Origin: a virus
Virus record (IMG/VR): IMGVR_UViG_3300022561_000032
Length of the DNA stretch: 40,188 bases
Direction: 5' to 3' (one strand)
Positions 15,618 to 24,092 of this stretch are shown here, in pieces (the stretch's first letter is position 1; every line of letters starts with the position of its first letter). The notes under the pieces were generated by a model. It worked only from the letters and a program-made list of their open reading frames with translations, made no database searches and was not told the DNA's origin. The translations under genes and the position numbers were made by a program.

Positions 15618-15931
15618 AAACAACCTTTTATGTAATATGTGTAATAATTGCCTTGCTATTCCTTGCAGACACTACCATTAAGTTTAACCCTTTCAATATC
15701 AACTTTGGTAAGATTTATTTTGCGATCGGATTTATATTTATTCTTATTGGAATAGCATTCATTGAACTTCAGGGTAAAGTAATTGGCAGAAATGATGTGC
15801 GTAGAGTAGTAATAGAAGTAAATAAGGAAGAGAAAGTGCAACGCCAGGACAAATGTCCCAGCTGTGGATTGATCCATCCTTTGGTTAGAGAATTTGGTTT
15901 GTGCGGTAAGTGTGCCGAAGAACAATATTAA
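15614..15931 (+). CDS. Small membrane protein with C-terminal zinc ribbon
   Basis: Two hydrophobic helices followed by CPSCG...CGKC. Confidence 0.65.
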   Translation: MKTTFYVICVIIALLFLADTTIKFNPFNINFGKIYFAIGFIFILIGIAFIELQGKVIGRNDVRRVVIEVNKEEKVQRQDKCPSCGLIHPLVREFGLCGKCAEEQY

Positions 15932-15943
15932 TCCACTTTCGAC

Positions 15944-16360
15944 ATGATACTTATCTACAACAACCGCGAAATAAAGCTGATTCCCCGCAAATACCAGGGC
16001 ATTGAGAACATCACCGATTACCTTGAAGATTTTGAACACATGAGGTTAACGGATGATGAACGTGATATTCTGGACAACCGGATGTTTCGCCAGGAGTGTG
16101 AAAGCTTCCTTGAAAAACTGGAGCAGAGCGAAAACCTGGTGCATGAACATGTCAAGGATGCCTATCCCATGCTTTCGATCAAAGCCAATACCAGCGACGG
16201 ACAAACTTATTATGCCATAAAAATGAGCAACAATATCTCAGTTCGTTGCGATGAATCCCTTTACCGGTTGTCTCCAGTGAAGCATAAAATAAACTACACC
16301 AATTCTCTCTCCAGGCAAATTGCACCTCCAAGTGAGGAACAACTTAGAATGTTTGAATAA
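15944..16360 (+). CDS. Hypothetical protein
   Basis: 138-aa ORF. Confidence 0.65.
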   Translation: MILIYNNREIKLIPRKYQGIENITDYLEDFEHMRLTDDERDILDNRMFRQECESFLEKLEQSENLVHEHVKDAYPMLSIKANTSDGQTYYAIKMSNNISVRCDESLYRLSPVKHKINYTNSLSRQIAPPSEEQLRMFE

Positions 16361-16378
16361 CCATTAAAATCAATCCAA

Positions 16379-16783
16379 ATGAATACTGAAGAAAAATCAT
16401 TAAAACAATTCAGAGTAGCAAAATTATGGTTGGACCAATACCTGAGCAATCTTAGAACCTACGTGACAATTGATAGCTATTCTATCCAGGATATATCAAA
16501 AAAAATAAAAGGTAAAGGGTTGGATGATGCCCGTTGCCTTTTACGCATGATGGTGAAAGAATGCGAAGCATACGATACCAGGATAAAAACACAGCAAACA
16601 CTTTTAAACAAGCTTAAATATTCGAAAGACTGGCTTAAAAGCAAAGTGTTTGCTGGAAATAGTATTCCCTTTAAGCAAATTGATCAGTTAATTGAAAAAT
16701 ATCATGATCATGGTGGATACCAGATTTACCGTCACGTAATGGGTCATATGAATTTAGAAACAACTGCTCCAGATAATGATTAA
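16379..16783 (+). CDS. Hypothetical protein
   Basis: 134-aa ORF. Its stop overlaps the MTase start. Confidence 0.65.
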   Translation: MNTEEKSLKQFRVAKLWLDQYLSNLRTYVTIDSYSIQDISKKIKGKGLDDARCLLRMMVKECEAYDTRIKTQQTLLNKLKYSKDWLKSKVFAGNSIPFKQIDQLIEKYHDHGGYQIYRHVMGHMNLETTAPDND

Positions 16784-17321
16784 GACCAAATTTGAAAAAG
16801 GAGCCGAATTCCAAACTCCTGCAGCAGTCGCAGAATACATGCGTAGTTTAATTCCTGCAGGAACAATTTCAGTTCTGGAGCCAACACCAGGAGAAGGCAA
16901 TATTTTAAACCTGTTGGGTGAATATGATGTAACTGCTCCAGCTAATTTTTTCACACTGGATCCATCACGGTTTGATTGCATTGTAATGAACCCACCATTT
17001 TCATTAAAGTATGCATTCGGGGTTCCTGAAGACCTTGAAGCGAACGGCATGAGACTTGGATATCACATTCTGCTTGAATGTATGAAAATGTCAGATCGGG
17101 TGATTGCCTTGATGCCATTGTTCACAATTTCAGATTCTGATGTTCGCCTGAGATACATGAAAACTTTTGGAATAAAATCAATTACTATGTTGCCTCGCAA
17201 AACTTTCAAGTATGTACGGATCCAGACAGCTGTTTTTGAATTGGTAAAAGGATGGAATGAAGAAACTGTTTTCAAGGCATTTGAATTAATGAATTTACCA
17301 CAATTAGAAACTCAATCATGA
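16776..17321 (+). CDS. Orphan DNA N6-adenine methyltransferase (small)
   Basis: Motif I-like VLEPTPGEGNIL and motif IV DCIVMNPPF. No restriction partner is seen. Confidence 0.75.
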   Translation: MIKTKFEKGAEFQTPAAVAEYMRSLIPAGTISVLEPTPGEGNILNLLGEYDVTAPANFFTLDPSRFDCIVMNPPFSLKYAFGVPEDLEANGMRLGYHILLECMKMSDRVIALMPLFTISDSDVRLRYMKTFGIKSITMLPRKTFKYVRIQTAVFELVKGWNEETVFKAFELMNLPQLETQS

Positions 17322-17773
17322 TTAAGACCTGGAACGAATTCTGCGCACAGATTGAAGCATCAGACGGGAAGCTTTCAGAATTCATTGAATCAGCCGGATT
17401 GTCATCATTGCAGGTAAAGAAGCTGCAAAAGTTCACCTGCGAATGGAACAAAATGAAAAGGCTGGCGGAGGCTTTTGATCAGTTTGTGGCTCCACTGGAT
17501 CCGATCAAGGTTGAATCCCCATTTGACCAGGAAGATTTCCGCTATATCTGGAAAATGTGGAAGGAGTACCTCAGGGAGCAACACGGGATCTTGATGCGCA
17601 CCCGGATGGAGCAGGCAAGCCTTGATTTTCTGACAGAGATATCGGAGAACAATCCCGACCGGGCTATCAATTTTATCCGGTTTGCTATGAAATCAAACTG
17701 GAAGAGCATTTACAAAGTTGAAGAAAAAGACAAAACAACACCAAAATCTGACAAAAATGGCTCTGATTACTAA
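17318..17773 (+). CDS. Hypothetical protein (replication-module neighbour)
   Basis: 151-aa ORF, ATGA-coupled to the MTase stop. Confidence 0.65.
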   Translation: MIKTWNEFCAQIEASDGKLSEFIESAGLSSLQVKKLQKFTCEWNKMKRLAEAFDQFVAPLDPIKVESPFDQEDFRYIWKMWKEYLREQHGILMRTRMEQASLDFLTEISENNPDRAINFIRFAMKSNWKSIYKVEEKDKTTPKSDKNGSDY

Positions 17774-18467
17774 TATCATTCACCATAACCCACTGGTGAT
17801 GGGCGACACTGAACGGGTGCAGGCGCTGATCCGTGCAACGGAATTCAAGCTAAAGGAATTCAAGTGCTGTTCTCCCATGAGTTATGAGGAGTTTAAAGAA
17901 CTGCTGATTGCACATGCTACCGAAATGATGATCATGCGATCTGTAACTCAACCTTACATTGTTGATTCCAATAACGGTCATGTTATCAAACAATTGTATT
18001 TATATTTCACCAATAGCCCTGAATGTAGATGGAACCTCAATGCCGGCTTCATGTTGAGTGGAAAAGTAGGGTCTGGAAAATCACTCCTGATGATGGCTTA
18101 CTTAAAGATAGCTGACGAATACTCCAGAAGACGGACCACAACCGTTCATTCCAAATTGCTGGCCGGATTGATCAAAAAGAATACCATTGAACACTACGAA
18201 AAACGTCCGATGTTCATCGACGAGTTGGGCAGAGAAGAAACCGAAACGAAAGATTATGGCAATGTAGTGAAGCCAATTATTGACCTTTTTGCACTTCGCT
18301 ACGAATCCGGATCCAGAACTTATGCTACTACTAATTTTAAACTTGAAACTCTTAGCAGTAAAGAGTATTACGGTGATTTCATTGTTTCACGGATTCAGGA
18401 AATGATGACCCTCGTAGTATTGCCAGGCGAATCGAGACGATTGAAAAATGAAGTAAAAACCCGATAA
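17757..18467 (+). CDS. DnaC/IstB-like AAA+ ATPase (helicase-loader candidate)
   Basis: Walker A SGKVGSGKS and Walker B MFIDELG. ATG 17757 is preferred over the track's TTG 17718. Confidence 0.65.
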   Translation: MALITNIIHHNPLVMGDTERVQALIRATEFKLKEFKCCSPMSYEEFKELLIAHATEMMIMRSVTQPYIVDSNNGHVIKQLYLYFTNSPECRWNLNAGFMLSGKVGSGKSLLMMAYLKIADEYSRRRTTTVHSKLLAGLIKKNTIEHYEKRPMFIDELGREETETKDYGNVVKPIIDLFALRYESGSRTYATTNFKLETLSSKEYYGDFIVSRIQEMMTLVVLPGESRRLKNEVKTR

Positions 18468-18478
18468 CACTTACTCCT

Positions 18479-18700
18479 ATGGACCTTGAACCTTTCGACA
18501 AATTGATTATTACCCGGATGAATGAACGGACCAATGCGCGGATCATCTATGTCAGAATACACCAAGACGGATCGAAGACCTACATGTTAGAACCGCTACG
18601 GTTAGATTTCCTTCCACACAGGTCAGGTAGCAAGATTATGAGGATCACTTCAAGGGATATCGAAAGCAAAGAGGTGAATATTGAGAAACATGTTGTTTAA
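18479..18700 (+). CDS. Hypothetical protein
   Basis: 73-aa ORF. Confidence 0.55.
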   Translation: MDLEPFDKLIITRMNERTNARIIYVRIHQDGSKTYMLEPLRLDFLPHRSGSKIMRITSRDIESKEVNIEKHVV

Positions 18701-18717
18701 ACCATTTAAACAAAAAT

Positions 18718-19254
18718 ATGAAAGCACTATCCTATAAACAACCGTGGGCATATTTAGTAGCTGCCGGAATTAAACCAATCGAAAACAGGACTTGGAAACT
18801 ACCTGAAAAATATAAAGGTCAGAGAGTATTAATTCACGCCTGCGGATCACAAGGTAAAAAATTCAAGATCAACCTTACTGATGAACAGATGTTAGCTGCA
18901 TTTGGGACTATTTCAGACCAAGCAATCAATAAAAATTTTGAATTTGGAGCAATTATAGGTTCGGTTGAAATGGTTGATTGTGTGATTAATCATCTTTCTA
19001 TTTGGGCTGAAAGGCATTCTCCGCCCTTCAAACCTTTCAATTGGGTGTTGGCAAATCCAATACTTTTTCCTGAACCAATACCAGCAAAAGGAAAGCAATC
19101 ATTCTGGGATTACCCCAATATTTTGGCCGAACCCGAAGAAAAGGACGGTGAATTATTTTGTCATTGTCAATTGCCAGTAAAAGAAGAAAATCAGGTAAGG
19201 AGCATGGGAAATTACTTTGAATGCCGCTATTGTGGTGGCCGATGGTACAAGTAA
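18718..19254 (+). CDS. ASCH-domain protein with C-terminal Cys cluster
   Basis: N-terminus MKALSYKQPWAYLVAAGIKPIENRTWKLPEKYKGQRVLIHA matches the ASCH pattern from memory. C-terminal CHC...CRYCG. Confidence 0.65.
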   Translation: MKALSYKQPWAYLVAAGIKPIENRTWKLPEKYKGQRVLIHACGSQGKKFKINLTDEQMLAAFGTISDQAINKNFEFGAIIGSVEMVDCVINHLSIWAERHSPPFKPFNWVLANPILFPEPIPAKGKQSFWDYPNILAEPEEKDGELFCHCQLPVKEENQVRSMGNYFECRYCGGRWYK

Positions 19255-19352
19255 AAAAATTCATCTATAAACCGAGTTGAACCAAAACATAAATAAAAAG
19301 GGAATGGCGAAAACCTTAAAAAGAGTAGCCAAATACATAAATACATATAGAA

Positions 19353-19643
19353 ATGAAAACAGCAGTTAAAAAAACTGACGATTGGGCAAATTTCATTTTG
19401 CGCAGAATTGAAAATGGTGTTGAAACAGACACAATGCTTGGTGGTTTTTACTCTTTTATAGATAAAGAGAAAAGTTCAGAGGCGTTTAACGAAGCTACAA
19501 AAGAATGGGATGCTGATGATTTGAAAGATTGTTATGCTGTAATAACATTTTTCGAAGAATCATTTATGCCATTGTATGAAGGTTCTAATTACTATGTAAT
19601 GACAGACACAGGTGGAACTGTTGCTAATAGAACCAAAAAGTAG
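19353..19643 (+). CDS. Hypothetical protein
   Basis: 96-aa ORF. Confidence 0.6.
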   Translation: MKTAVKKTDDWANFILRRIENGVETDTMLGGFYSFIDKEKSSEAFNEATKEWDADDLKDCYAVITFFEESFMPLYEGSNYYVMTDTGGTVANRTKK

Positions 19644-19652
19644 TAAGATTTC

Positions 19653-19684
19653 AGGCAGTCGCAGTTTTATTGCTGCGACTGCCT
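19653..19684 (+). other. Perfect 12-bp hairpin (terminator-like, no U-tract)
   Basis: AGGCAGTCGCAG-ttttattg-CTGCGACTGCCT, immediately after the stop of 19353..19643. Confidence 0.5.
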
Positions 19685-19707
19685 ATTAACCCATTAAAAC
19701 AAATCAA

Positions 19708-19914
19708 ATGATTATAGAAACTACCGAAGATTTAGCCGATCAAATCGCTGATTGGCTTGGTATATATGGTGGCTGTAAAAATATAACTGGTGAGGATGAT
19801 CTTTGCACCTATGACAGAAATAAGCCTTGGTGTTGTAGGGCTGGTTTTGTTACAGCAATAAAAGAAAGGATGATAGAAGCAGTTGAAAACGATAAAAAGT
19901 TAGGACTCGAATAG
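19708..19914 (+). CDS. Hypothetical protein
   Basis: 68-aa ORF. Confidence 0.55.
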   Translation: MIIETTEDLADQIADWLGIYGGCKNITGEDDLCTYDRNKPWCCRAGFVTAIKERMIEAVENDKKLGLE

Positions 19915-19950
19915 TTCAACTAGACAGACGTAACTGAACATTTATACATA

Positions 19951-20241
19951 ATGAAAATGAAATTACAAAAAGGAATGATTATCAATACCTCGTATGGAAC
20001 TGGTCCATATGAAATAAAGAAAATTAAATCCGGTTGTACATGTCCTGAATATCATCGAACAATAAATGGAGATGATACGCCATCAGAAACACATAATCAC
20101 ATTGTCGTTAAATATCTTGATGAAAAGCAGGGTTCTGCACCTGGATATTTAAATGGGTATAGAGATGATGGTTCAAATGTTTGGAATGACGATAAGATTA
20201 TCGTTAAAAGTTTAAATGATTATCAATTATCACTTTTCTAA
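19951..20241 (+). CDS. Hypothetical protein
   Basis: 96-aa ORF. Confidence 0.6.
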   Translation: MKMKLQKGMIINTSYGTGPYEIKKIKSGCTCPEYHRTINGDDTPSETHNHIVVKYLDEKQGSAPGYLNGYRDDGSNVWNDDKIIVKSLNDYQLSLF

Positions 20242-20265
20242 ATTATCAAAATAAACTAACTTATT

Positions 20266-20475
20266 ATGAGAATCAAAATTAAATGGTGGAACATCATGAT
20301 ATCTAAGGCTGGATATCTTCACATCCCGTTACTCTATTTTGGTTGTGGATCCAACGGCTTTATTATAAGGTTCCCATTTTTCGATATTGAAGTGAGCTGG
20401 GGTAAAGCTGCAAGGAAGCATCTCGCAATAGTTGCACGACTTAAAAGGATGCAAGCATATAAAAAGACCCTCTGA
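20266..20475 (+). CDS. Hypothetical protein
   Basis: 69-aa ORF. Confidence 0.5.
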   Translation: MRIKIKWWNIMISKAGYLHIPLLYFGCGSNGFIIRFPFFDIEVSWGKAARKHLAIVARLKRMQAYKKTL

Positions 20476-20476
20476 C

Positions 20477-20683
20477 ATGCATTACATGGTTCACAATATC
20501 GAGAAGGTATTAGATACCCGCGATAAACGATATATGTTTCTGAAGCTTACTTTCCCTGATGAGTTGCCAATGATTAATATAGAAGGGACTCCAAGGGAAT
20601 CGGCCGCTAATATAGTAAGTCGATTCATCAATGCTGATTTGATCTGTGAATTCGAAGATATATTTTTTAAACATTTTAAATAG
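20477..20683 (+). CDS. Hypothetical protein
   Basis: ATG 20477 lies 2 nt after the previous stop and is preferred over the track's TTG 20432. Confidence 0.55.
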   Translation: MHYMVHNIEKVLDTRDKRYMFLKLTFPDELPMINIEGTPRESAANIVSRFINADLICEFEDIFFKHFK

Positions 20684-20692
20684 TAAAAACCA

Positions 20693-20878
20693 ATGAAAAG
20701 CGAAACTACTTATTCAGCATCTGATTTAAAAAAAGGTAAATGCACCTCATGCGGTGAAAGTTCAAATGAAATTCTAATAGCTGATGATAGATGTATCGAT
20801 TGCATCGAGCAAGAAAAGTTCATTGATGAAACCATGAGATTTAAAGATCGTGACCATGGTCCATTCGGTATGTTTTAA
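20693..20878 (+). CDS. Hypothetical zinc-ribbon protein
   Basis: CTSCG ... CIDC. Confidence 0.55.
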   Translation: MKSETTYSASDLKKGKCTSCGESSNEILIADDRCIDCIEQEKFIDETMRFKDRDHGPFGMF

Positions 20879-20949
20879 AAAGCCTTTAAAAAAAACCTCT
20901 TAAAAACCCTCCCAATTCGCGAGGGTTAAATTATTTATAATCACTGACC

Positions 20950-22158
20950 ATGGCCAAGAAATTTAACGAAACCAAAATACCTGCAGGCGGATCTAATAGA
21001 GTTACTCTTGTGAAAGAATTCCTTGCAGTACACTATGATATAAAAATTAATATTTTCGATCATACGAAAGTGATGATTGAACCAAAGACCCGGGAATATG
21101 ACCAAGAAATTTCCATCAAGGATATCGCACTTCACATGCTCGAAGAGGGAATATGCGGGTGCGCCTCCATCCTGAAAGATATCCTTACCAGCCCCAACCA
21201 AACCAAGCCTTATAATCCGATCAAAGAATACTATGAATCACTGGAAGGAACCTATGTTGGTGAATCGCACATTGACCGTTTGTGCAGCTTCCTTGTGGCT
21301 CGTGATTACGGTGATAAGGAGGAAGGCTACTATCAGAAACGCCTGGCATATACTTTCCGCAAGTGGATCGTGGCAGTGGTGGCCTGTGCGAAGGGGATCA
21401 AAGAAAACGATGCCATGTTTGTAATTGTGAACAATGAGGAAGGTATCGGCAAATCAACACTACTTGAATTCCTGCTTCCTGACATGTTAAAAGGTTATTT
21501 CACCAAGTCGGTAAAGGATATGAATTACCCTGATATGTTTACAACCAACCTTTTAATTCAATTTGACGAGATGGTTGGTATTACCAGGTCATCAGAAGAA
21601 GAGTTTAAGAACATACTGTCATCTAAACAAATCAATGTATCCAAACGCTTCACAACTACCAAGCAGCGCTATGCTTCAACGTGCGGTACCTCCAACAAAG
21701 ATGCAGAGCATGGAGGCTTCCTCACTCCCGGAATGAGTTCACGCCGTTTTGCAATCAACCACATCGACGCGATCGACTGGCAATACAATGATCATGTAGA
21801 TATCGACCAGGTTTGGGCTGAAGCGGTGATGCTCCTGTCGCAAAACTTTGAATACACCTGGAACCCGGCAGACTTCGCCGAATTTTCAGAATACAACAGC
21901 CGTTTCCTGATCCAGACTTCATCTTTCAGGGTCGTGAAAGAAAACTATCGTGTTCCAGAAGAAGGGGAGGAAGGCGAGTTCAAGCAACCGGTAGAGATTT
22001 TGCGCGATTTGCGAGCTGCAAGGAAGATCAACTCCAGCATGTTTACTGTATCAGACATCAATATCGGCATCGCCTTAAATCAGCTGGGATATACGCGCAG
22101 GGCAAAGAAAGCAAACGGTAATTCAAGATATGGTTACTATATAATTCAACTTTATTAA
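20950..22158 (+). CDS. VirE-family / P4-D5-like P-loop ATPase (replication primase-helicase-like)
   Basis: Walker A NEEGIGKSTLLEFL and Walker B LIQFDEM. The overall layout resembles Bacteroidota VirE-type proteins from memory. The C-terminal ~75 aa are duplicated in the next gene. Confidence 0.65.
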   Translation: MAKKFNETKIPAGGSNRVTLVKEFLAVHYDIKINIFDHTKVMIEPKTREYDQEISIKDIALHMLEEGICGCASILKDILTSPNQTKPYNPIKEYYESLEGTYVGESHIDRLCSFLVARDYGDKEEGYYQKRLAYTFRKWIVAVVACAKGIKENDAMFVIVNNEEGIGKSTLLEFLLPDMLKGYFTKSVKDMNYPDMFTTNLLIQFDEMVGITRSSEEEFKNILSSKQINVSKRFTTTKQRYASTCGTSNKDAEHGGFLTPGMSSRRFAINHIDAIDWQYNDHVDIDQVWAEAVMLLSQNFEYTWNPADFAEFSEYNSRFLIQTSSFRVVKENYRVPEEGEEGEFKQPVEILRDLRAARKINSSMFTVSDINIGIALNQLGYTRRAKKANGNSRYGYYIIQLY

Positions 22159-22177
22159 AAACCTTAATTTAAACAAA

Positions 22178-22588
22178 ATGAAAATTAAAATTGATCAAAT
22201 AGTAGAATTTACTGATGGTAGAATAGAACTTGTTATTTCTGGCATCAACCAGTTTTCAATATCCGAAATTCGCAACATCATTACTCAGGCTTTTAAAAGG
22301 TCCACTCCAAAATCAATAGACGATTATGAATTTGAAGAGACTCCATCGTTCAAGTTAGTGAAACAATATTACCGGGTTCCTCAAGAAGGAGAAGAAGAAC
22401 TGATCAGGTTCAAACAACCAAAGGATATACTGCGTGATTTGCGGCCTGGATTCAAGTCCAATCCTAAAAAATATACCGTTACCGCCGTCAATATCGGGAT
22501 TGCATTAAATCAGCTGGGATATATCCGATTTAGCAGGCGTATTAACGGTACTCCCCGGTATGGTTACAATGTAATTCCGTTGTTTTGA
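22178..22588 (+). CDS. Stand-alone paralogue of the VirE C-terminal domain
   Basis: YYRVPQEGEE..FKQPKDILRDLR..VNIGIALNQLGY..R.NG.PRYGY aligns collinearly with the C-terminus of 20950..22158. The 19-nt stretch ttaaatcagctgggatata is shared (22075-22093 and 22505-22523). Confidence 0.75.
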   Translation: MKIKIDQIVEFTDGRIELVISGINQFSISEIRNIITQAFKRSTPKSIDDYEFEETPSFKLVKQYYRVPQEGEEELIRFKQPKDILRDLRPGFKSNPKKYTVTAVNIGIALNQLGYIRFSRRINGTPRYGYNVIPLF

Positions 22589-22680
22589 TTTTAATTTATA
22601 TATCTTTTTATTAATACTAAAGTAGAATTTATATTCTACTATTTAAAAACTTAAAAAGAGAAGAAAAAAAGCTTTTTGGA

Positions 22681-22861
22681 TTACACCCTTACAACCTTAC
22701 ATTTAAATAAATGAAATACAATAGGTTGAAGGTTGTACCCGACTTTTTTAAGCTGGGTTACACCCTACCTACACCCATATACACCAATATTCACAATACA
22801 ACCCGCTATATAGATATAAAGTATTATAATTCAAGCTAATATAAAAAGGTTGTAGGTTGTA
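22681..22861. repeat. Array of about 10 GGTTGTA / TACA(A/C)CC heptamers in both orientations (iteron- or operator-like)
   Basis: TACA(A/C)CC at 22682, 22690, 22759, 22770, 22780 (variant) and 22797. GGTTG(T/A)A at 22724, 22731, 22848 and 22855. Confidence 0.8.
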
Positions 22862-22990
22862 GACGGTTTGGAAAAATATTTTATAAAAACACGCTTTTCA
22901 ATCAAAACAGCATACTTTGAAGTCTTTATTCGCTTTATAATTAGAAAATACTAGCTAACAATTAGAAAAACGGTTACCTTAGCAACATCT

Positions 22991-23033
22991 GTTCGGGAAA
23001 ATTGAAGAAATATCAATTTAACCCGAACTTTTT
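22991..23033 (+). terminator. Strong hairpin plus T5 abutting the first late-gene ATG
   Basis: GTTCGGG/CCCGAAC (7 bp) stacked on AAATTGA/TCAATTT (7 bp) with a 7-nt loop, followed by TTTTT (23029-23033) and ATG at 23034. Confidence 0.6.
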
Positions 23034-23558
23034 ATGTCCGAGAAAAACCAAACCATGAAACCTTCTGTAGTTATTGACCTTCCACCAATCCTTGAAGCTT
23101 GGTGCCGTTTTGCACTTGAAACCCCACTCGATCAGGAAGAACTTGTTGCCACACGGAGAAACGACATTGGGAAAGCGATCAACGGATTTCTGACTAAGAC
23201 TACATTGAAGCCGGTAACGATGCCTGCCGATAACCCGGTTGTATTCTTATTGCCAGTGACCGAATGCAACCAGTACTCCCTATTTTCGAAACATCTGTAC
23301 ATTTGTAAAGAAGACCAGGAACAAATAGTGGATAGGATAGAGGTGATGTTTAACCAGTGGATCGATGTATTTTTTCAGGATGGGTACCGGATGAACTTCT
23401 CACAGATGGATATCATCGAGTCGGTTTTATACATCCTGAATTTGCGTATTAATGTCGTTAATTTCGATCAAATTAAGAAACGTGACTATCGAAAAACCAA
23501 GTCTGATGTAAGAGAAAGATCGAAGATGATACTAAAACGAAGATTATCAATTGCTTAA
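23034..23558 (+). CDS. Hypothetical protein (first gene of the late block)
   Basis: 174-aa ORF. No motif recognised. Confidence 0.65.
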   Translation: MSEKNQTMKPSVVIDLPPILEAWCRFALETPLDQEELVATRRNDIGKAINGFLTKTTLKPVTMPADNPVVFLLPVTECNQYSLFSKHLYICKEDQEQIVDRIEVMFNQWIDVFFQDGYRMNFSQMDIIESVLYILNLRINVVNFDQIKKRDYRKTKSDVRERSKMILKRRLSIA

Positions 23559-23577
23559 AATATAAATATTTATATTT
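23558..23577. promoter_or_regulatory. Perfect 20-bp AT palindrome
   Basis: AAATATAAATATTTATATTT, beginning at the last base of the preceding stop codon. Confidence 0.5.
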
Positions 23578-23635
23578 CAGACTTTGACACGTTTTTAACG
23601 GATAAAAGTCTGATAATGAGAGAGGAAAAACAAAC

Positions 23636-24013
23636 ATGAACAGCGCAGTTATCACCAAATGTGAGTACAGGTTAATCGAAAATCCTGAATTCACCATTTT
23701 TGATCTGATTCTTTACTCCGGAAAGCTGAAAGAAGACAACCAAAAGACAGCAGCCGGTATATTATTCACCACCGTGATTGAGCTGTCAATTTCAAAAATA
23801 ACAGCCGGAAATGATGTATTGATTAAATTACTCAATAATCGCAAAGCTCAATTCAGGGTTACTGATGCAAACGGAACCATTTACATGGTCGGAAATGATA
23901 ACTTTCCTGCCAGGCTTCTGCATCAGAAAGCCCTCGAAGGTGCTCCCGGATCATTTGGCGGCTACCGTTGCACCATCACTCAAAAATCACCAACCGGCTG
24001 CACCGTCAGCTAA
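23636..24013 (+). CDS. Hypothetical protein (probably structural)
   Basis: 125-aa ORF upstream of the protease gene. Confidence 0.65.
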   Translation: MNSAVITKCEYRLIENPEFTIFDLILYSGKLKEDNQKTAAGILFTTVIELSISKITAGNDVLIKLLNNRKAQFRVTDANGTIYMVGNDNFPARLLHQKALEGAPGSFGGYRCTITQKSPTGCTVS

Positions 24014-24092
24014 ACCCAGATATAAACGCAAGTCCTTTATTTTGCCTCCCTGATGTGGTAACGTTGTAACGCTCCTAAAAAGAACGTTACAC

